NCBI RefSeq assembly: GCF_000196555.1
Contig: NC_015067.1
Coordinates: 1,620,001-1,652,000 of the forward strand
Origin: Bifidobacterium longum subsp. longum JCM 1217
GTDB taxonomy: Bacteria > Actinomycetota > Actinomycetes > Actinomycetales > Bifidobacteriaceae
Length of the DNA: 32,000 nt
Reading direction: 5' to 3'
In this document: piece after piece, positions 30,466 through 32,000 of the stretch
Layout of the letters: each line of letters begins with the position of its first letter
Position numbering within the stretch: position 1 is the stretch's first letter
Program-made: the position numbers and the translations under genes
The notes under the pieces: generated by a model
What the model saw: the letters and a program-made list of their open reading frames with translations, nothing else
The model's database searches: none
Told to the model about the DNA's origin: nothing

Positions 30466-32000
30466 CTACGCGGATAGCGAGCGCAGGAACTGGGCTTGGA
30501 TGATGTCGATGTTATCGCCTTCGCCGTCATTCATGCGGGCCACAGCCACCGAGAGCGTGCGGGCCGGCACGAACATGCCCTCATCCACGCACACGCGAGC
30601 GGCGTCACGCACGATGTCAGCCACTTCGATATGCGGCCAGACCGGCAGATCATGCGTGGCAAGCACATGGGCGGCGGCCTCCACCGATTCAGGCACCGGT
30701 ATGCACTGCGAGTCCGCACGGGAAACCAGTTCCTGCAGTTCGCTTTCCAGCGAACCAATGGCCCCGGGAGCGATGTGATCGCTCATAATGTAGGCTGCGG
30801 CGGCTGTGTCGAACCGGTCAAGCATCCATTCGGCGTACGCGAACCGGTAATAGGCGAACGCGGCATCGTCGCGGTCCAAGGCCACGCGCAGAGCATTCAG
30901 GCAGGCGGCGCGTGCCGAATCCCAATCCTCATTGCGGGCCAGTTGAATGGCGAGCTTCAGATGTGAGAGCGGGTAGGCGGGCGCGTACGCCACCATACGG
31001 TTGAGATGCGGGATGGCCGCCTCGGCACCCTTGATCTGACTCAACACGTCAGCCAGCTCCATGTGCGCGTAGAACAGATTGTCCGGGATAAGCACCGTAC
31101 GCTCGTCCAATGTGGCGAACAGCCGATTGTAGACCACGCGCTCGGCATAGGAGTTGAAGTATCGAGGTACGCCATGGCCTGCCGCATACACCTGGTCCAA
31201 ATGGGCCACGGCCGCTTCGGCCGCTTCGATGGCCTGATCGGCTTGGCCCGAGAACAGCATATCTCGGGCGCGCAGACGCTCCTTGTCAAGATCGTCGGCA
31301 AGCGTGAACGTGAAGTCCGGCGTGTCCTTGCCATCGATCAACGCACTGGTGACCTGAGAGGCCAAACCGGTCAGTTCGGGATCGCATATCGATTCGATGA
31401 CCTGCATGGCTCGCTGGGCCTTTTCCACGGAGCCGAGCGACGTGTTCCTGGCGATATCGTGGAATTCGTTGACGCCATGCTGCAGCAGGTCCACTCGCTG
31501 GATAGCCAGTCCGGCACTATTCTGTGCGCCCAGCACGTGAGCGGTCGCCGGACTGAATTGACGGTCGGCCAGTTCGGGCTCCTCCTGGGATCCGGTGGGA
31601 GAGAACCGGCTGTCCGCCAAGTCGAAGTCGGCGCTGATGGGTTTCAGACCACCTTCGCCGTCCACGTCCATCACGGCACCGAACATGCGGTAGGTTTCCT
31701 CGGGATTGTCAAGCCCAGCGGTGTCCAGTCGCTTGAGGAAGGCATCACGGGTGAAGGTGACGGTGACCATATTGCGCACGGTGGGATTGCGGCGCAGCAC
31801 ACTCATCGGATCATCGTCCATGCCGGCGGCCCCATCAGCACCGTCAGTGCCGACGCCCTCGCCGCCGATACCGCCCAGGTCGTCGCCTGCGCCGGTATCG
31901 TCCGGCATGCCGAACGCCATTTCGTCGATATCGATGCCCTTCATCAGGTCTTCGAACTGCGAATCGATGGACGCAGCGCCATCGGCGTCAGCAGATTCGG
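30466..32000 (-). CDS. Hypothetical protein with an acidic Gly/Asp-rich N-terminus and a TPR-like helical C-terminal half (possibly 5'-partial)
   Basis: 492-aa ORF from the ATG at 31944. The same frame stays open to the right window edge (..ESADADGAASIDSQFEDL upstream of the M), so the true start may lie outside. Codon usage and GC are backbone-like. I recognise no catalytic motif. Confidence 0.6.
   Translation of the reverse strand, partial: ESADADGAASIDSQFEDLMKGIDIDEMAFGMPDDTGAGDDLGGIGGEGVGTDGADGAAGMDDDPMSVLRRNPTVRNMVTVTFTRDAFLKRLDTAGLDNPEETYRMFGAVMDVDGEGGLKPISADFDLADSRFSPTGSQEEPELADRQFSPATAHVLGAQNSAGLAIQRVDLLQHGVNEFHDIARNTSLGSVEKAQRAMQVIESICDPELTGLASQVTSALIDGKDTPDFTFTLADDLDKERLRARDMLFSGQADQAIEAAEAAVAHLDQVYAAGHGVPRYFNSYAERVVYNRLFATLDERTVLIPDNLFYAHMELADVLSQIKGAEAAIPHLNRMVAYAPAYPLSHLKLAIQLARNEDWDSARAACLNALRVALDRDDAAFAYYRFAYAEWMLDRFDTAAAAYIMSDHIAPGAIGSLESELQELVSRADSQCIPVPESVEAAAHVLATHDLPVWPHIEVADIVRDAARVCVDEGMFVPARTLSVAVARMNDGEGDNIDIIQAQFLRSLSA

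Overview
High-GC actinobacterial chromosome segment. Hand counts of 60-nt lines give about 68% GC in carB and 42-52% in two AT-richer pockets. Gene content and protein sequences look Bifidobacterium-like, which is inference only. Positions 1-15.6 kb are a housekeeping backbone, mostly on the minus strand. In coordinate order it holds an amino-acid ABC transporter (two permeases plus a partial ATPase), a carboxylesterase, a TetM/OtrA-like ribosomal-protection GTPase and a DnaQ-like exonuclease. These are followed by gmk, a pyrF homolog, carB, carA, nusB, efp, a FetAB-like exporter pair and an L,D-transpeptidase. Positions 15.7-25.0 kb are an eroded accessory/carbohydrate tract. It contains a chimeric ABC ATPase remnant and intact tam-like and 3-hydroxyacyl-CoA-dehydrogenase-like genes. 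It also contains a DUF4432/aldose-epimerase-like pseudogene, a GH31 pseudogene with several deletion scars, and a solute-binding-protein fragment fused to a permease tail. An apparently intact GH20 hexosaminidase, a lone MalG-type permease and a LacI remnant complete the tract. Positions 25-32 kb hold a 164-bp inverted-repeat element, an AT-richer DUF559/AbiEi-like gene, mrp/apbC, a long ligA and a partial acidic/TPR-like hypothetical gene. I saw no rRNA, tRNA, CRISPR array, transposase or integrase. I do not see a coherent new multi-gene system. The most unusual items are: (1) the carB-coupled PyrF homolog lacking the catalytic DxKxxD motif; (2) the deletion-scarred gene graveyard; (3) a dispersed hairpin repeat family with two copies in this window; (4) a MITE-like or dual-operator inverted repeat; (5) lineage-specific insertions in the RPP-like GTPase and in LigA. 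All homology calls come from recognising motifs by eye and memory, not from database searches.
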